This document shows, piece by piece, positions 24,815 through 38,791 of a stretch of 63,712 nt of DNA. Positions within the stretch are counted from its first letter, which is position 1; each line of letters begins with the position of its first letter. The stretch is from contig NC_068987.1 in assembly GCF_001194135.2 (NCBI RefSeq), positions 16,663,090 to 16,726,801 of the forward strand, in the 5' to 3' direction. The notes beneath the pieces were generated by a model. The model was not told where the DNA came from. It ran no database searches and worked only from the letters and a program-made list of their open reading frames with translations. The translations under genes were made by a program, and so were the position numbers. Origin of the DNA: Octopus bimaculoides. Lineage: Eukaryota.

Positions 24815-25447
24815 NNNNNNNNNNNNNNNNNNNNNNNNNNNNNNNNNNNNNNNNNNNNNNNNNNNNNNNNNNNNNNNNNNNNNNNNNNNNNNNNNNNNNN
24901 NNNNNNNNNNNNNNNNNNNNNNNNNNNNNNNNNNNNNNNNNNNNNNNNNNNNNNNNNNNNNNNNNNNNNNNNNNNNNNNNNNNNNNNNNNNNNNNNNNNN
25001 NNNNNNNNNNNNNNNNNNNNNNNNNNNNNNNNNNNNNNNNNNNNNNNNNNNNNNNNNNNNNNNNNNNNNNNNNNNNNNNNNNNNNNNNNNNNNNNNNNNN
25101 NNNNNNNNNNNNNNNNNNNNNNNNNNNNNNNNNNNNNNNNNNNNNNNNNNNNNNNNNNNNNNNNNNNNNNNNNNNNNNNNNNNNNNNNNNNNNNNNNNNN
25201 NNNNNNNNNNNNNNNNNNNNNNNNNNNNNNNNNNNNNNNNNNNNNNNNNNNNNNNNNNNNNNNNNNNNNNNNNNNNNNNNNNNNNNNNNNNNNNNNNNNN
25301 NNNNNNNNNNNNNNNNNNNNNNNNNNNNNNNNNNNNNNNNNNNNNNNNNNNNNNNNNNNNNNNNNNNNNNNNNNNNNNNNNNNNNNNNNNNNNNNNNNNN
25401 NNNNNNNNNNNNNNNNNNNNNNNNNNNNNNNNNNNNNNNNNNNNNNA

Positions 25448-25597
25448 TATATATATATATGTATATGTTTGTGTTCCTGTGTTTGTCCATCACCATCGCT
25501 TGACGACCGATGCTGGTGTGTTTACGTCCCTGTAAATTAGCGATTCGGCGAAAGAGACTGATAGTACTAGGCTTGCAAAACAATAAGCCCTAAAGTC

Positions 25598-25600
<3 letters not shown>
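25448..25600 (+). mobile_element. SINE family A, 3' part after gap
   Basis: CATCGCTTGACGACCGATGCTGGTGTGTTTACGTCC..TACTAGGCTT. Confidence 0.8.
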
Positions 25601-25641
<41 letters not shown>

Positions 25642-27012
25642 ATTGACACAAAAGGGAGTCCCTTTTATATGGTTACTCGACTTCCTAGAAATAGCAATCG
25701 AATCTTCCTAAAATCAAATAGTAGTGTAAAAAAAAACAAAAAGGACTCATTGGATACGGTAAGTCTAGTCGTCTTATATATGCTAAATATGAGTAACAAC
25801 ATAATTGTCATAGCTAGAATTGGGGTCTAAATAATTACTAGAACGATTCCAAGATAGATGTAATCATTGCAAATATTCGTTTAAGTTACCTATTCTAGCT
25901 CTGCCACTAGAATATAAAGGCGTCATTGATTTTTAAAACCATATCACATCTAACTCGTTCTCGTCCGATCATCAATGTTAAGGAATACCTTATAAAATCT
26001 ATAATTAACGAGATATGTTCCTAAATTCATAAAGAATATGACACAACCTGTTAATTATAAAATCTGCTTGTAAGGGTGACATTACGTCTGCTAAAGCTAA
26101 TTCTATCTGGGGTCGCTGCTTTTCCAAATAATACTTTGTGTATTGGACGTGTGGAGGTGGTGTTACGCGCTCATATGTCCTCAAAATACATGTAGCCCCA
26201 CGAACGTGGCTAAGAACTACGTTTGTTGTCTTAGCCATACCGTCATGCTTGAAGAAGACAGTAAACAACCAGAACCAGAACGTGGACTAGAACCAATCGG
26301 TCGAATAGACTCCATTCCCAGGAGTTTATTTCGACTTCATCTTATCTATTCCTGAAGAATAGAAGATAAAGTCGATATAGGCGAGATTTAATTACACACA
26401 AGCAAACACACACACATACATAACTGTGTATGTATATATCTCTCTTTCATTCTCTCTCCCCCTTTCCCTCTTTCTGTCTATAATGAAGGTGGCCTCCTAG
26501 AAATAGCAATCTAATCTTCCTTAAATTATATATCAGCGTCTAAAAAGCAAAGAGAAAATTACGGTGACTGAAGTAAACTCAAATAATACCACAAAGAATT
26601 CTGTCTGTCTCTTCAGATCCACTGTCTTCATAAAAGTCCAACAGAAAGAAGTGAAAAACAATCACAATCACTGTCTTGGAAAAAGGAAAGATACATTAAA
26701 CAAAAGATTCCATCAATCATGAAAAATTTGACACATGAAGTTGCTCAAAACTTTTATATATATATTTTTGATTCCTAACAATAATTAGGGAAATCATACT
26801 TGATCATTGATCAAATTCGATCCTAGAAAAATCGCAAAGCTTTGGTAAAAATAAGAAACAAAAGCAACAAAAAGCAAAGGTTATAAAAGATGTTTAGCTT
26901 CTTCTAATTCATTAATTTCCAGTGTCGGTAAAATATGTTTGATCTCACTTCTGCCATTTCCCTTTCCCCATTGCTGTCTTTCTCAACTACAAGGCTATTC
27001 CTTTCATCTGTG

Positions 27013-27016
<4 letters not shown>

Positions 27017-27092
<76 letters not shown>
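27017..27092. repeat. (CT)n microsatellite
   Basis: Directly visible. Confidence 0.95.
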
Positions 27093-27097
<5 letters not shown>

Positions 27098-27767
27098 CTC
27101 TTTATTTTCCTTATCTCGTGCTTTGTCTATCATGCTAACAGTCTGTCTTTCACTGTCCTATCATTTGCTTTGTTTACCAACCAGTCTGTCTGTCTTTTAC
27201 TGTACTATCTTTTGCTTTGTCTATCATTCTGTCATTGTCTGTCTCTATGTGCGTGTCTGTAGCTGTCAATCTGTCTGTGTCTGTTTGACTGTCAGTCCGT
27301 CTGTCTCTCTCTTTGTCTTTATCTCGTGGTTTGGTTAATCAATCTATCTGTCATTCTCTCTCTATCCTTGTTTTTCTCTCTCTAAGATTGTCAAAATATT
27401 AAGCCAATCCTGGGTCGTACACGCATGCATACACACACACCCACTCATTCACAAACAATCATGCATACAGACGCATTCACAGATCAACATATACACAGAC
27501 ATGCACGTACACTCTCAATCTCTCACACAAAGACATGCACACACAATCACGAATGTTCACCGGATTGATCTTTAACTTCGCCAAAAAGCCATATTTAGAC
27601 ATGGGTGGGGATCGATTATATCGCTGTGTTTTACTAGTATTTATTTTCTCAACTATGGTGTGGATGAAAAGCAAATGGAACAAGCAGAATTTGAACTCAG
27701 AACATACAGAGTAATTATATTATTCTGCTAAGTAGATTGTCAACTTCTCTACCGATTTCCACCACCA

Positions 27768-27790
27768 CTACCACCACCACCACCACCACC

Positions 27791-27821
<31 letters not shown>

Positions 27822-28575
27822 CTTCTTCTTCTTCTTCTTCTTCNNNNNNNNNNNNNNNNNNNNNNNNNNNNNNNNNNNNNNNNNNNNNNNNNNNNNNNNN
27901 NNNNNNNNNNNNNNNNNNNNNNNNNNNNNNNNNNNNNNNNNNNNNNNNNNNNNNNNNNNNNNNNNNNNNNNNNNNNNNNNNNNNNNNNNNNNNNNNNNNN
28001 NNNNNNNNNNNNNNNNNNNNNNNNNNNNNNNNNNNNNNNNNNNNNNNNNNNNNNNNNNNCTTCTTCTTCTTCTTCTTCTTCTTCTTCTTCTTCTTCTTCT
28101 TCTTCTTCTTTTCCTTTTTCTATTTATATTTCTTTTTCTTTTTCTTTTTCTTTTTCTTTTTCTTTTTCTTTTTCTTCTTCTTCTTCTTCTTCTTCTTCTT
28201 CTTCTTCTTCCTCTTCCTCTTCTTCTTCTTCTTTTTCTTTTTCTTTTTTTTCTTATTCTTTTTCTTTTTCTTCTTCTTCTTCTTCTTTTTCTTCTTCTTC
28301 TTCTCTTCCACTTCCTCTTCTTCTTTTTCTTCTTCTTTTTCTTTTTCTTTTTCTTTTTCTTTTTATTTTTCTTTTTCTTTTTCTTTTTCTTTTTCTTTTT
28401 CTTTTTCTTCTTCTTCTTCTTCTTCTTCTTCTTCTTCTTCTTCTTTTTCTTCCTCTTCCTCTTCCTCTTCTTCTTCTTTTTCTTTTTCTTTTTCTTTTTC
28501 CTTTTCTTTTTCTTCTTTTTCTTTTTCTTTTTCTTTTTCTTCTTCTTCTTCTTCTTCTCCTTCTTCTTCTTCTTC

Positions 28576-28636
<61 letters not shown>

Positions 28637-28751
28637 CATCGCCGTTATTATCGGTCGTCTCCGTTATCATGGTCGTCGTCATGGTCGTCGTTATCCTCAT
28701 CATCATCATCGCTGGCATCATCGTCGTCCTCATCAGTATTATCATTATCAT
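27768..28751. repeat. Compound microsatellite (CCA)n-(CTT/CTTTTT)n-(CAT)n
   Basis: Directly visible; includes a 216-N gap. Confidence 0.95.
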
Positions 28752-28911
28752 CAGAGACTATACTGTTACTACAGCTACGGCGACAACCCTTATTTCTAAC
28801 AACAATGGAGCAAAAGCAGTTGTTTTGAGAAAGGATACAACGTCCATGGTCTTGCACGCGTTTCTCACAGTGCAGCATAATATAATCGATTATGAGTGTT
28901 TGGGTGTGTGT

Positions 28912-28977
<66 letters not shown>

Positions 28978-29635
28978 TTGCCCAGTACTTAACTGGTATA
29001 TCATTTTATCGATTCTGGAAAGAGAAAAAGCAAAGTTGACATCGGCGGCATTTGAAATCAGAAGGTTCCAACTTTCTAATGATTCTGTCATCTAACAGCT
29101 CCTAACTGTTTCTTATTTCTAGTAACATATTAGTGTTAAACAACATTAACACTACATGTTATTTAAGAATATCTTACGCATTAGCCAAAAGCATTCTACA
29201 AAATCCAATGTGAGATTGGAAATTTAAGAGAGGAATCATAATTGTGGTCAGTTCAGGATAGATTAGTCAAGATCTCGACTCCCAGAACCCCGAACGAAAC
29301 ATTTGCCCTGAAACCTTCATGATGTCCTTACCCAGCCTGCGTGTCTTAAGGCCTTAGGTAGGGAAATAATAGTAGAGGGTAACAACCTCTTTGAGAACCT
29401 TTGAGTTTGTTGGGAGACGGCAAGGGAGGTAACCGTGAATATTTTGATAAATTATGTGACGTAAGAAAAGCAGCGCGCATGACGTTTTTGAGTCTTCTAG
29501 GGGTGGGGAAAACAGGTGGGCTCAAAGGTACCCGAGGACCCAAAAACTAGTGTTAAACCAGTTGGATCAAAATAGTTTGTTGTTCTTTAACACCTTATAT
29601 ACTCAAGTTTTCACTTCTTTGCTAATATGATATAG

Positions 29636-29788
29636 CAACGTTCTGAGTTCAAATTCCGCCGAGGTACACGCTGCCTTTCGTCCCTCTCGGGGTCAATAAA
29701 TTAGGCACCAGTTGAGTACTGTGGTCGATGTAATCGAGCTGGTTCACCTCCGAAATTGCTGGCCATGTACCAAAATTTGAAACAAATA
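29636..29788 (+). mobile_element. SINE family B, 5'-truncated
   Basis: GTTCTGAGTTCAAATTCCGCCGAGG..CCAAAATTTGAAAC. Confidence 0.85.
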
Positions 29789-31040
29789 TGGTATTGCAAT
29801 GATTTCAATTCCTAAAATAAGATGATTATGCAGATTCTCTTTGAATCATCATCTTTGACAGTTCAGCTCTTCATTCCGAAGAATACTTTGCAATTTGGTT
29901 GTAACGTATTGCAACCTGTTGTTACCATCAATTTATTATCGATACATCAACCACAAATTTTACTTTACATCAGAACTGAAAAGCAAAGAGTTAATGCATC
30001 ACTTCTCTCCATTACCAAATCAAGACACTATGCACAGGTCATTCAATGACATTACAACAAACTTTTCGAGAAAGTATTTAGATGTAAGTCTTAATATAGC
30101 GTGACCCGTCAGTTCTAGAATACTTTTCCATAGGGTTTGAAATACCCTTTATATCCCTTTAACGCTTATTATTACAAGCATAGTAATTGTAAAGTGTTTG
30201 CGTGAGTACACACACACACACATTATGTCTATGTATATTCGTATGTATGAAAGAAAGAATGTATATGTGTTTATATTGTATAAAAGAATTGCAGTATATA
30301 TTATTTTTTTAATGTTCTCGTATTGTAAAAATGCTTAAATTATTGTAACATTCAATTTCGCGCTCTTAGCTGCAAATGGTGGTGACAAAATTAATTAGTT
30401 GTTAAAGATAACATGTAGCAATTTTAATATTGCTTTTGGCTACTGGTTCATTACTACATTATTTAAATTAAGGTAATTTTCTTTTTAGCTTCGATATAAT
30501 CTACACAAATAACTTTTCCACTAAAAGTTGAAGAAAGGTCAGCGATACCAAAAACTGTTAAAGAAGTAAATAATAATTCTATAGAAATTGTACTATTTCT
30601 CGAACAAATCGAATCATGGAATAATCATGGCGGAATAGCACTCTGAGAGTAGCGCTTATTAAATTAGTATTAATCTAATAATTGTCATATTATGTAAAGG
30701 TAATTTTCGCCGAAAATCTTTCAGCTTTGACTAAATTTATCATCTTAAAATATCCAAACGATTCAGCTGATTAATATTTTAGATTTAGAATTTCCTTCGA
30801 TAAATATTTAAAGCATTCTCTTGAGATGAAAGTGAAAAACAAAATAAACAAAGCAAGACCAAAACAAAATGGTGTATATCTTTTTTTAAAGCATGCATAC
30901 TTAATACAAACAGAGACTTAGCGCCATTTGCAAATTAACATAACCACCGCCACTTTTATAGAATTTGCTCATAAATAAAGTATGCAGTATACAATGATTC
31001 ACTACTGCTATTGTTGCAGTCGTCACTACCGTTATTAATA

Positions 31041-31231
31041 TCCTTTCTATTATAGGTACAAGGTGCGGATTTTTGCGGGGGAGGAGGACAATAGATCACA
31101 TCGACCCCAGAACGTCACTGGTACTTAATTTATCGACCTCGAAAAGATAAAAGACAAAGCCGCCTTCGGAGGAACTCAGAATGACAGGCAAGCACTTCGC
31201 CCGGCGTGATAACGACTCTACCAACTCGCCA
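31041..31231 (-). mobile_element. SINE family B, diverged
   Basis: Reverse complement of family B (ATCGACCCCAG..CTGGTACTTAATTTATCGACC..CCAACTCGCC). Confidence 0.75.
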
Positions 31232-32689
31232 ACTTATAAATGCTAATAATATCAAAATGTATTTAAGCACCTTAGTGCATATAAGTAAAATGATATGACA
31301 GGCAGCCGAACTAAACACTACAATATTCAGTTTCTCCATCATTCACATTCTGTATTCAATTCACATCTGGATATATTTTACCTTTCCTTCCAACGCCCTT
31401 AGAGACTGATAAACGAATAACAATATCCTTATCAATTTATAACCGCTTTCCATGCTGGCTTGGGTAGGTTGGTTCGACAGGACCAGCCACTTTATAGAAT
31501 TCACTGAATGCATTTTTTGTTGCATCAGCCCTATAGAGGTTGGTCTGCCGCCAGCACGACTAAACAGCTCTCTCAGTCACCGTGTTGCCGCTTTTGGAAT
31601 CGATCATTAAACACTTAGAGGGTATTCTGTGCTTTTCGTGACACCAGCATTGAAGGAGTCACCTTGTATCTTGCAAAGCGAAAGAGAGGACCACTTAATG
31701 GAAAGAAACATATCTATACTAGATAAATTTGGTTGAATATACCTCTACTGTATAAATAATTTTCTGAAGCTTAGTTAAAGCAAATCTAGGACAATACTCA
31801 AAAACCTTCAAAGTTTATTTTAGTGCTGTGTCTGAATAATATAATCTTTACATATGAAAGCATTAGACCAAATTTGTAAATCAAATACTAAAAATGCATC
31901 ATGCTATGGTCGAGTTAAAGTGATCGATAGACAGAAAAATTGTTAAAATGTCTGACAAATGACCTGAAGTAATTGTTTCTGTAATTTAAAGCTTTCAGTC
32001 TAACCGAAATAATCTTTCCATTTTTATTAAAGATGTATATGTGTGTCGATGTATAGTTATCCTCAGCTCAGCCTGCACATGTGTGCAGATGTATAGTTAA
32101 CCACGTCAGAGTCTGCTCATGTGTGCAGATCTATGGTTAATCTTGATGGCTGTTGGTCCTAAAATTAGTATTATATCGTCCAGTATTTGAATCAAACTGG
32201 TCGAATGGCAGAAATATATGCCTTTCGGTATTTGTTGAAGTTCTTTGCATTTAATTTCTATGAAATGAATTTTGTCTTTCATAATTCCTTGTTACATGAA
32301 TAAAGTATCAAGCTAACTGCTCACTGCCTATTTTCCTTGTCTCTGTATCTTTTTCTCTCTTTCTCAGAATCAGCTACACAACTCCGTGTAAGGGTCATGG
32401 GGGTGGAATTCATTCACAGTATCTTTCACCCATGGTATGAAGGAAATTTCAGTCAGGTCATAGCAACTTCTTAGTAAGCTAAAATAAAGAAAGTAAAGAT
32501 GAAGGACGGAGATGAACAAAATGACAGATAGGCAAACGGATGGGCCAAGATGTCAACGAACAGTGAATATTAGACTCTGATTAAATGAATTAACTTTACC
32601 TTGTATTTAGAAGAAAGAACATATTTATTTTTCTCAGTACAGGTTTAATTTCTATTGATTAAAACTGTACTCTAGGCTCACTACTAACC

Positions 32690-32782
32690 TAGCATCGGTT
32701 GTCAAACAATGTTGGGGGGGGGGACAAACACAGTCACAAACACAGACACACACACGCAGACACACACACACACACACACACA

Positions 32783-32830
<48 letters not shown>

Positions 32831-32987
32831 CGACGAGCTTCTTTCAGTTTCCGTCTACTAAACCCACTCACAAGGCTTTGGTCGACCCGAGGCTATAGTA
32901 GAAGACACTTGCCCAAGGTGCCACACAGAGAGACTGAACCCGGAACCATGCGGTTGGTAAGCAAGCTACTTACCACAAAACCACTCC
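32690..32987 (-). mobile_element. SINE family A
   Basis: Near-identical to the other young copies; runs into a gap. Confidence 0.88.
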
Positions 32988-33824
32988 NNNNNNNNNNNNN
33001 NNNNNNNNNNNNNNNNNNNNNNNNNNNNNNNNNNNNNNNNNNNNNNNNNNNNNNNNNNNNNNNNNNNNNNNNNNNNNNNNNNNNNNNNNNNNNNNNNNNN
33101 NNNNNNNNNNNNNNNNNNNNNNNNNNNNNNNNNNNNNNNNNNNNNNNNNNNNNNNNNNNNNNNNNNNNNNNNNNNNNNNNNNNNNNNNNNNNNNNNNNNN
33201 NNNNNNNNNNNNNNNNNNNNNNNNNNNNNNNNNNNNNNNNNNNNNNNNNNNNNNNNNNNNNNNNNNNNNNNNNNNNNNNNNNNNNNNNNNNNNNNNNNNN
33301 NNNNNNNNNNNNNNNNNNNNNNNNNNNNNNNNNNNNNNNNNNNNNNNNNNNNNNNNNNNNNNNNNNNNNNNNNNNNNNNNNNNNNNNNNNNNNNNNNNNN
33401 NNNNNNNNNNNNNNNNNNNNNNNNNNNNNNNNNNNNNNNNNNNNNNNNNNNNNNNNNNNNNNNNNNNNNNNNNNNNNNNNNNNNNNNNNNNNNNNNNNNN
33501 NNNNNNNNNNNNNNNNNNNNNNNNNNNNNNNNNNNNNNNNNNNNNNNNNNNNNNNNNNNNNNNNNNNNNNNNNNNNNNNNNNNNNNNNNNNNNNNNNNNN
33601 NNNNNNNNNNNNNNNNNNNNNNNNNNNNNNNNNNNNNNNNNNNNNNNNNNNNNNNNNNNNNNNNNNNNNNNNNNNNNNNNNNNNNNNNNNNNNNNNNNNN
33701 NNNNNNNNNNNNNNNNNNNNNNNNNGTGTGACGATTTCTGGACGAAATTCCTAATTGAGAAAGAGGGGCAATGTAACCAACTAGACCATCCCTCAAAAAT
33801 TTTAGACTTTGTAATTGTAGCAGA

Positions 33825-33825
<1 letters not shown>

Positions 33826-33889
<64 letters not shown>

Positions 33890-33953
33890 TAATAATAATA
33901 ATAATAATGATAATAACGATAATAATAAAAATAATGATGAAAATAATAATAAA

Positions 33954-33991
<38 letters not shown>

Positions 33992-34026
33992 GTTTATAGA
34001 GAGGACTGTAAACTCATCTTTCTATC

Positions 34027-34064
<38 letters not shown>

Positions 34065-34110
34065 GTAGTAGTAGTAGTAGTAGTAGTAGTATCATCATCA
34101 TCATCATCAA
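33826..34110. repeat. (AAT)n followed by inverted (ATT)n, then (ATT)/(AGT)/(ATC) repeats
   Basis: Directly visible. Confidence 0.95.
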
Positions 34111-34417
34111 CGTCATCGCCATTATCTTGTTTTGTATGTTCCAATAATCACGGTCCATTGATCTCAATATTTCAGAAATTCTAATGATATCTCCTAATCG
34201 CATTAAAATATGCTTAATGAAACGTCAGATGAATTTTTATTAATACGTAACATCTTTAATTCTTCTGGACGTGCGACTGATACAGATGTTTTTTCGTGGT
34301 TTTATGTATGTTTTTTAAACGATGCCGAGTACATGTGTACGAATTGCAACATCAGTGACAAGTGAGGATTACTAATGAAAGAAAGAAAGAAAGAAAATAA
34401 AGAAACGNNNNNNNNNN

Positions 34418-34450
<33 letters not shown>

Positions 34451-36065
34451 ATGCGTGTGTGTGTATGTTTATGTATAGTTATCTGATTTTCTGCAGCCAC
34501 TATGCAAACAACATTGACGTAATGTTGTATACCAAAAGAAGGAAGACATCTATGAAAATACACCAACTATTCCTAGTTGTTGGATACGACAGCAGCAATA
34601 TTCCATGTTTTCCAATATGGTGTGCTTTCCCGTTGCCAATGAAACAAGGAACCATTTCAACGCCCTGAGCATGTTCGCGACCAGGTCGTATCTCTATCTG
34701 CTCATGCGTCTATTACGAAACCAAACATAGCCACACACTCAGTCGAGAAAGCGTATAAGTCCCCAGCACCAAGCTACTGCGGCTCTGATGCTGGCTCACT
34801 GGAAGTCCTATATTCTGGTTAGTTTGGACAACTGCTTACAAATTTGAACTGGCATTCTGTTTTTTTTTTGCAAACTGATGTGATTATAGAATGCCTGCAC
34901 AAATAACAAAGTCTGAGAGATGAACTACTAGCTAAGCTTTTGTATATTACACCTCTATTTTCTGGAACGTTGACGACAACGATAAACCATGTGGTCAAAT
35001 TCGTTTCAAAACTACCTGGGCTCTCGTCTGGTTCAACTACATGGTATCTTGAGAATATATTTCTTTTATAGCATCGGTTTGATTAATATGTGAATGAAAT
35101 TGATAAAGGGTAAACTCTACTGAATACCGTTGTATATGTGAGTATGTGAGTATGTTTATGTCCAACTTTATGTGTGCAACCGTTTAAAAACATACTTTTT
35201 CTCATGTCACGCAACTCAGTGATACGAGTAATAAAGATCAGTAAAAATAAACACAACACATAAAAAAAAACACCGGGATTGAAGTGATCGACTAACGCCA
35301 ACCCTTTGAGATAGTATCCTGACACGGCTGCAGTTCAATTATTTTTTAAAAAAAGTAACAGTCTATAGCAGTGTGTGATAGTGTATATACGTGTTAAATG
35401 TTCTCGAATGTTTTGATCCAAACTTCTCCATACAAGAAAAGAAAGCACATGAGAAGATGAAGGTTCTGTTGATCAAAAACTCTCTTCTCTAAATTTTCAC
35501 ATTAGATCCTCATACAGCAATGGCTTAAAAAAACTTGAACAAAGTCGTCATGCAACATTTAAAAGGTACTTGGACTGAGTGTTAGATTTAACAGAGGCTA
35601 AACTTAGTTTTGTGCCTCGTATTCCGCACGGGCTTCAAAAAAATTAAAAATGTGTATATGCTTTCAATTAATATGAAGCATTCTGGTACAATACTTTAAC
35701 AAGAAACCAACAAACTTTATATAATTATACAGTTTATGGTTTCACCAAGCATAAATCCGGCTCCACCTACAATCAATTCATCTGCCATTGTAGTTCAATG
35801 ACCCCTGCCATTGATTGGCGTTTTACTGATGCTCATTCTTAGATTTCCACATCGTCCCGCTACTCACCATTACACACACACACACATGTATATATGTGTA
35901 TGTGTGNNNNNNNNNNNNNNNNNNNNNNNNNNNNNNNNNNNNNNNNNNNNNNNNNNNNNNNNNNNNNNNNNNNNNNNNNNNNNNNNNNNNNNNNNNNNNN
36001 NNNNNNNNNNNNNNNNNNNNNNNNNNNNNNNNNNNNNNNNNNNNNNNNNNNNNNNNNNNNNNNNN

Positions 36066-36432
36066 CAGCGTTGCACTCCCTCGTTTACGTTCCAGTCGAT
36101 CCGATCAACGGAATAGCCTGCTCGAGAAATTAACGTGCATGTTCACTTCACAGACACGTGTACCCTTAACGTAGTTCTCGGGGAGTTTCAGCGTGACACA
36201 GAGTTTGACAAGGCTGGCCCTTTGAAATATAGGTACAACAGAAATAGGAAGAAAGAGTGTGAGAAAGTTGTGGTGAAAGAGTACAGCAGGGTTCACCACC
36301 ACCCCCTGCCGGAGCCTCGTAGAGCTTTAGGTATTTTCGCTCAAATAAACATTCACAGCGCCCGGTCTGGGAATCGAAACCGCGATCCTACGACTGCGTG
36401 TCCGCTTCCCTAACCACTGGGCCATTGTGCCA
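36066..36432 (-). mobile_element. SINE family C
   Basis: Reverse complement of 60783-61197, with a single copy of the 25-bp motif. Confidence 0.9.
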
Positions 36433-36561
36433 TCACAATACAGACAGAGAGAGAGAGAGAAGGAGAGATGGAGTGACGGAGAGAATGCATTTGAGAACCA
36501 ATATATGGATTTATATGTGCTCGGGTATTTGTTAGTTAAGGTAAAGAAGAGAAAAACTTAC

Positions 36562-37087
36562 CTAAATTCTGTCACGTGTTCAAAGTTTCCTCGACAACGT
36601 TAACGGCTAATCCCCGGTAAAAAATCCTTGATTATGATAACAAGTCTTCTAGAGACTTGATATAATGGCTCAAGAGAATGGCTTAATAATGTAGAAGCTA
36701 GTTAAATATATTTGAGATTGTATGAAGGTTGAAAGCTATGGGTACAATACATAGGCGTTTCACCACAATCTCTGATAGAGTATGAGTGGCGGGCAGAGAT
36801 TTAGTGAAAAAAATGGAGTTTATGTACTGAAATGATTTGATCTCCGATTTGTTAATAGTACTGGTGCTGGAGGTTGTGTAGCGGCGGTTAGCTTCGTCAA
36901 CAGCAGCAGAAACAACGGCAACAGCAGCAGCAACGGTATTAGCAACAGCAGCAACGTCGAAAGTGTAATGTACGTTAGCTGACCACCAGAATGCGTACTG
37001 AGGTAGAATTATCCACAAGAGGACCTCACTGAGGAGTAAAGGAATTACTTAGTCCGGGTACACAGATTCCAGGTATATGTACCAGAT
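36562..37087 (-). other. Candidate exon of an unidentified minus-strand transcript
   Basis: Long polypyrimidine tract plus TTACAG acceptor before 37087; consensus donor AG|GTAAGT after 36562. No recognisable protein. Confidence 0.3.
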
Positions 37088-38752
37088 CTGTAAAGAGAAA
37101 AAAAAAAGAAGAGAAAAGAGTGGTGATTAATATTAAAGAAACGTGGCGGTTTAATAAGCTAATCATCTGGTAAAAAATATGACCTAACGAGTTCATGAAT
37201 TAGATTAATAAAAACAAAAAGCTATTCATTGAAAGGGGCAAAAGAATTAAAAACAAAAAATCGAATAAAAGAGTATTAGACAAGTTAAAATATTGTTTCT
37301 AATTCTTCAATTCTAATTTTGGCACAAAGTTAGCGATTTGGAAGGAGGGCGAAATTGAATGCATCGAGGATTGCTTTGCATTTTAAATTGATGTAATGAT
37401 TACATTGTTCAATTAAGTGGAGTTGCAGGAAACGATCGTACTGCATTACCTCTGGATATCCTTNNNNNNNNNNNNNNNNNNNNNNNNNNNNNNNNNNNNN
37501 NNNNNNNNNNNNNNNNNNNNNNNNNNNNNNNNNNNNNNNNNNNNNNNNNNNNNNNNNNNNNNNNNNNNNNNNNNNNNNNNNNNNNNNNNNNNNNNNNNNN
37601 NNNNNNNNNNNNNNNNNNNNNNNNNNATATATATACATATAAACATGTATATAAATATATACAATTTAAGCAAAAGCGAGGTAAGACAAGTTCCTTTTTG
37701 CTTAAATTATGCAAACTATTTAGGCCATAGATATGTTCTGCTCTTTGTTGTGTAAGTCTAAGTCTCTTGGAGATAAAGTTCGGGCAATTGTCATGACGAT
37801 GACTGCTATCCAGCTATCACCTTATTTCTAGTCAATAAAACCGTCCTTTTCTTTAATGGGATGTCAGGTGATCATATTTGCCATTTGGCATTTATGATAC
37901 ATACTCTAGAAGAAGATATAATTTTAGTACATCAAGAATTCTTTATAGTGTTTGTTATACCAATATTTGTCTCTTCATACATACATATAGACATACACAC
38001 ACACACATACATACAGACATACACACACACACATACATAGATACATACATACATACATACATGGATACATACATGCATACATACATACATACATATGTAA
38101 CATACTGCCTAAATTGAGAAATTAGGCTTCTAAAAACCAAAAAGGAGAAAGCTGATTCGAAGACTACAGATCCATCATTACAACTGTAAAAATCCGTAAA
38201 ACCTTCTAGAAGTTTATTATTTAGGTATATATGAGCATGTCTAGACGTTCAAGTATATGCATAAGAATACATACATAAAAGAAAACATACAAATCTTCAC
38301 ATATACCTGCATACATACAGAAATACCCTCTTGATGTTGTTAGAATTTCAATGAAGAAGCCATGGATCTATGTTAGAAACCGGCTGCTTATTGGTAAGAA
38401 TTTTGAAATAAAAATGAATAATGGCATACATATATTTACACACGCGCGCATGCATATATATGCATGGCTGGATTATAGATTAAAAAGATATACATTTGAA
38501 AGGAGTATGTGATATGTTTCACAGATTACATATAAGATATAACTAAATTCTTGACCAATGCTCTTTAACCTTTCCTTTTTCTGTATTTGCACTCTTTAAT
38601 AGCTCACCATCACGAAATCCGCCCACATATGATGAGAAAAAAAAGTAGTCTTGTATACAGTACAATCCGTTACATAACGTTAACAGCTTTAACATTAAAA
38701 TGATCTACAAGATGAAGATGGAAAGCGAGCAAAATAGCAGCAGCAGCGGCAC

Positions 38753-38791
<39 letters not shown>

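Noticed and set aside
27737-28828. Poly-S/F and poly-K/R ORFs
   Set aside because: Translation of CTT/CTTTTT repeats, with no domain or splice evidence.
30525-30565. TTGAAGAAAGGT..ACCAAAAACTG, hammerhead-like
   Set aside because: Both core segments are mutated and there is no stem I; too degenerate to support.
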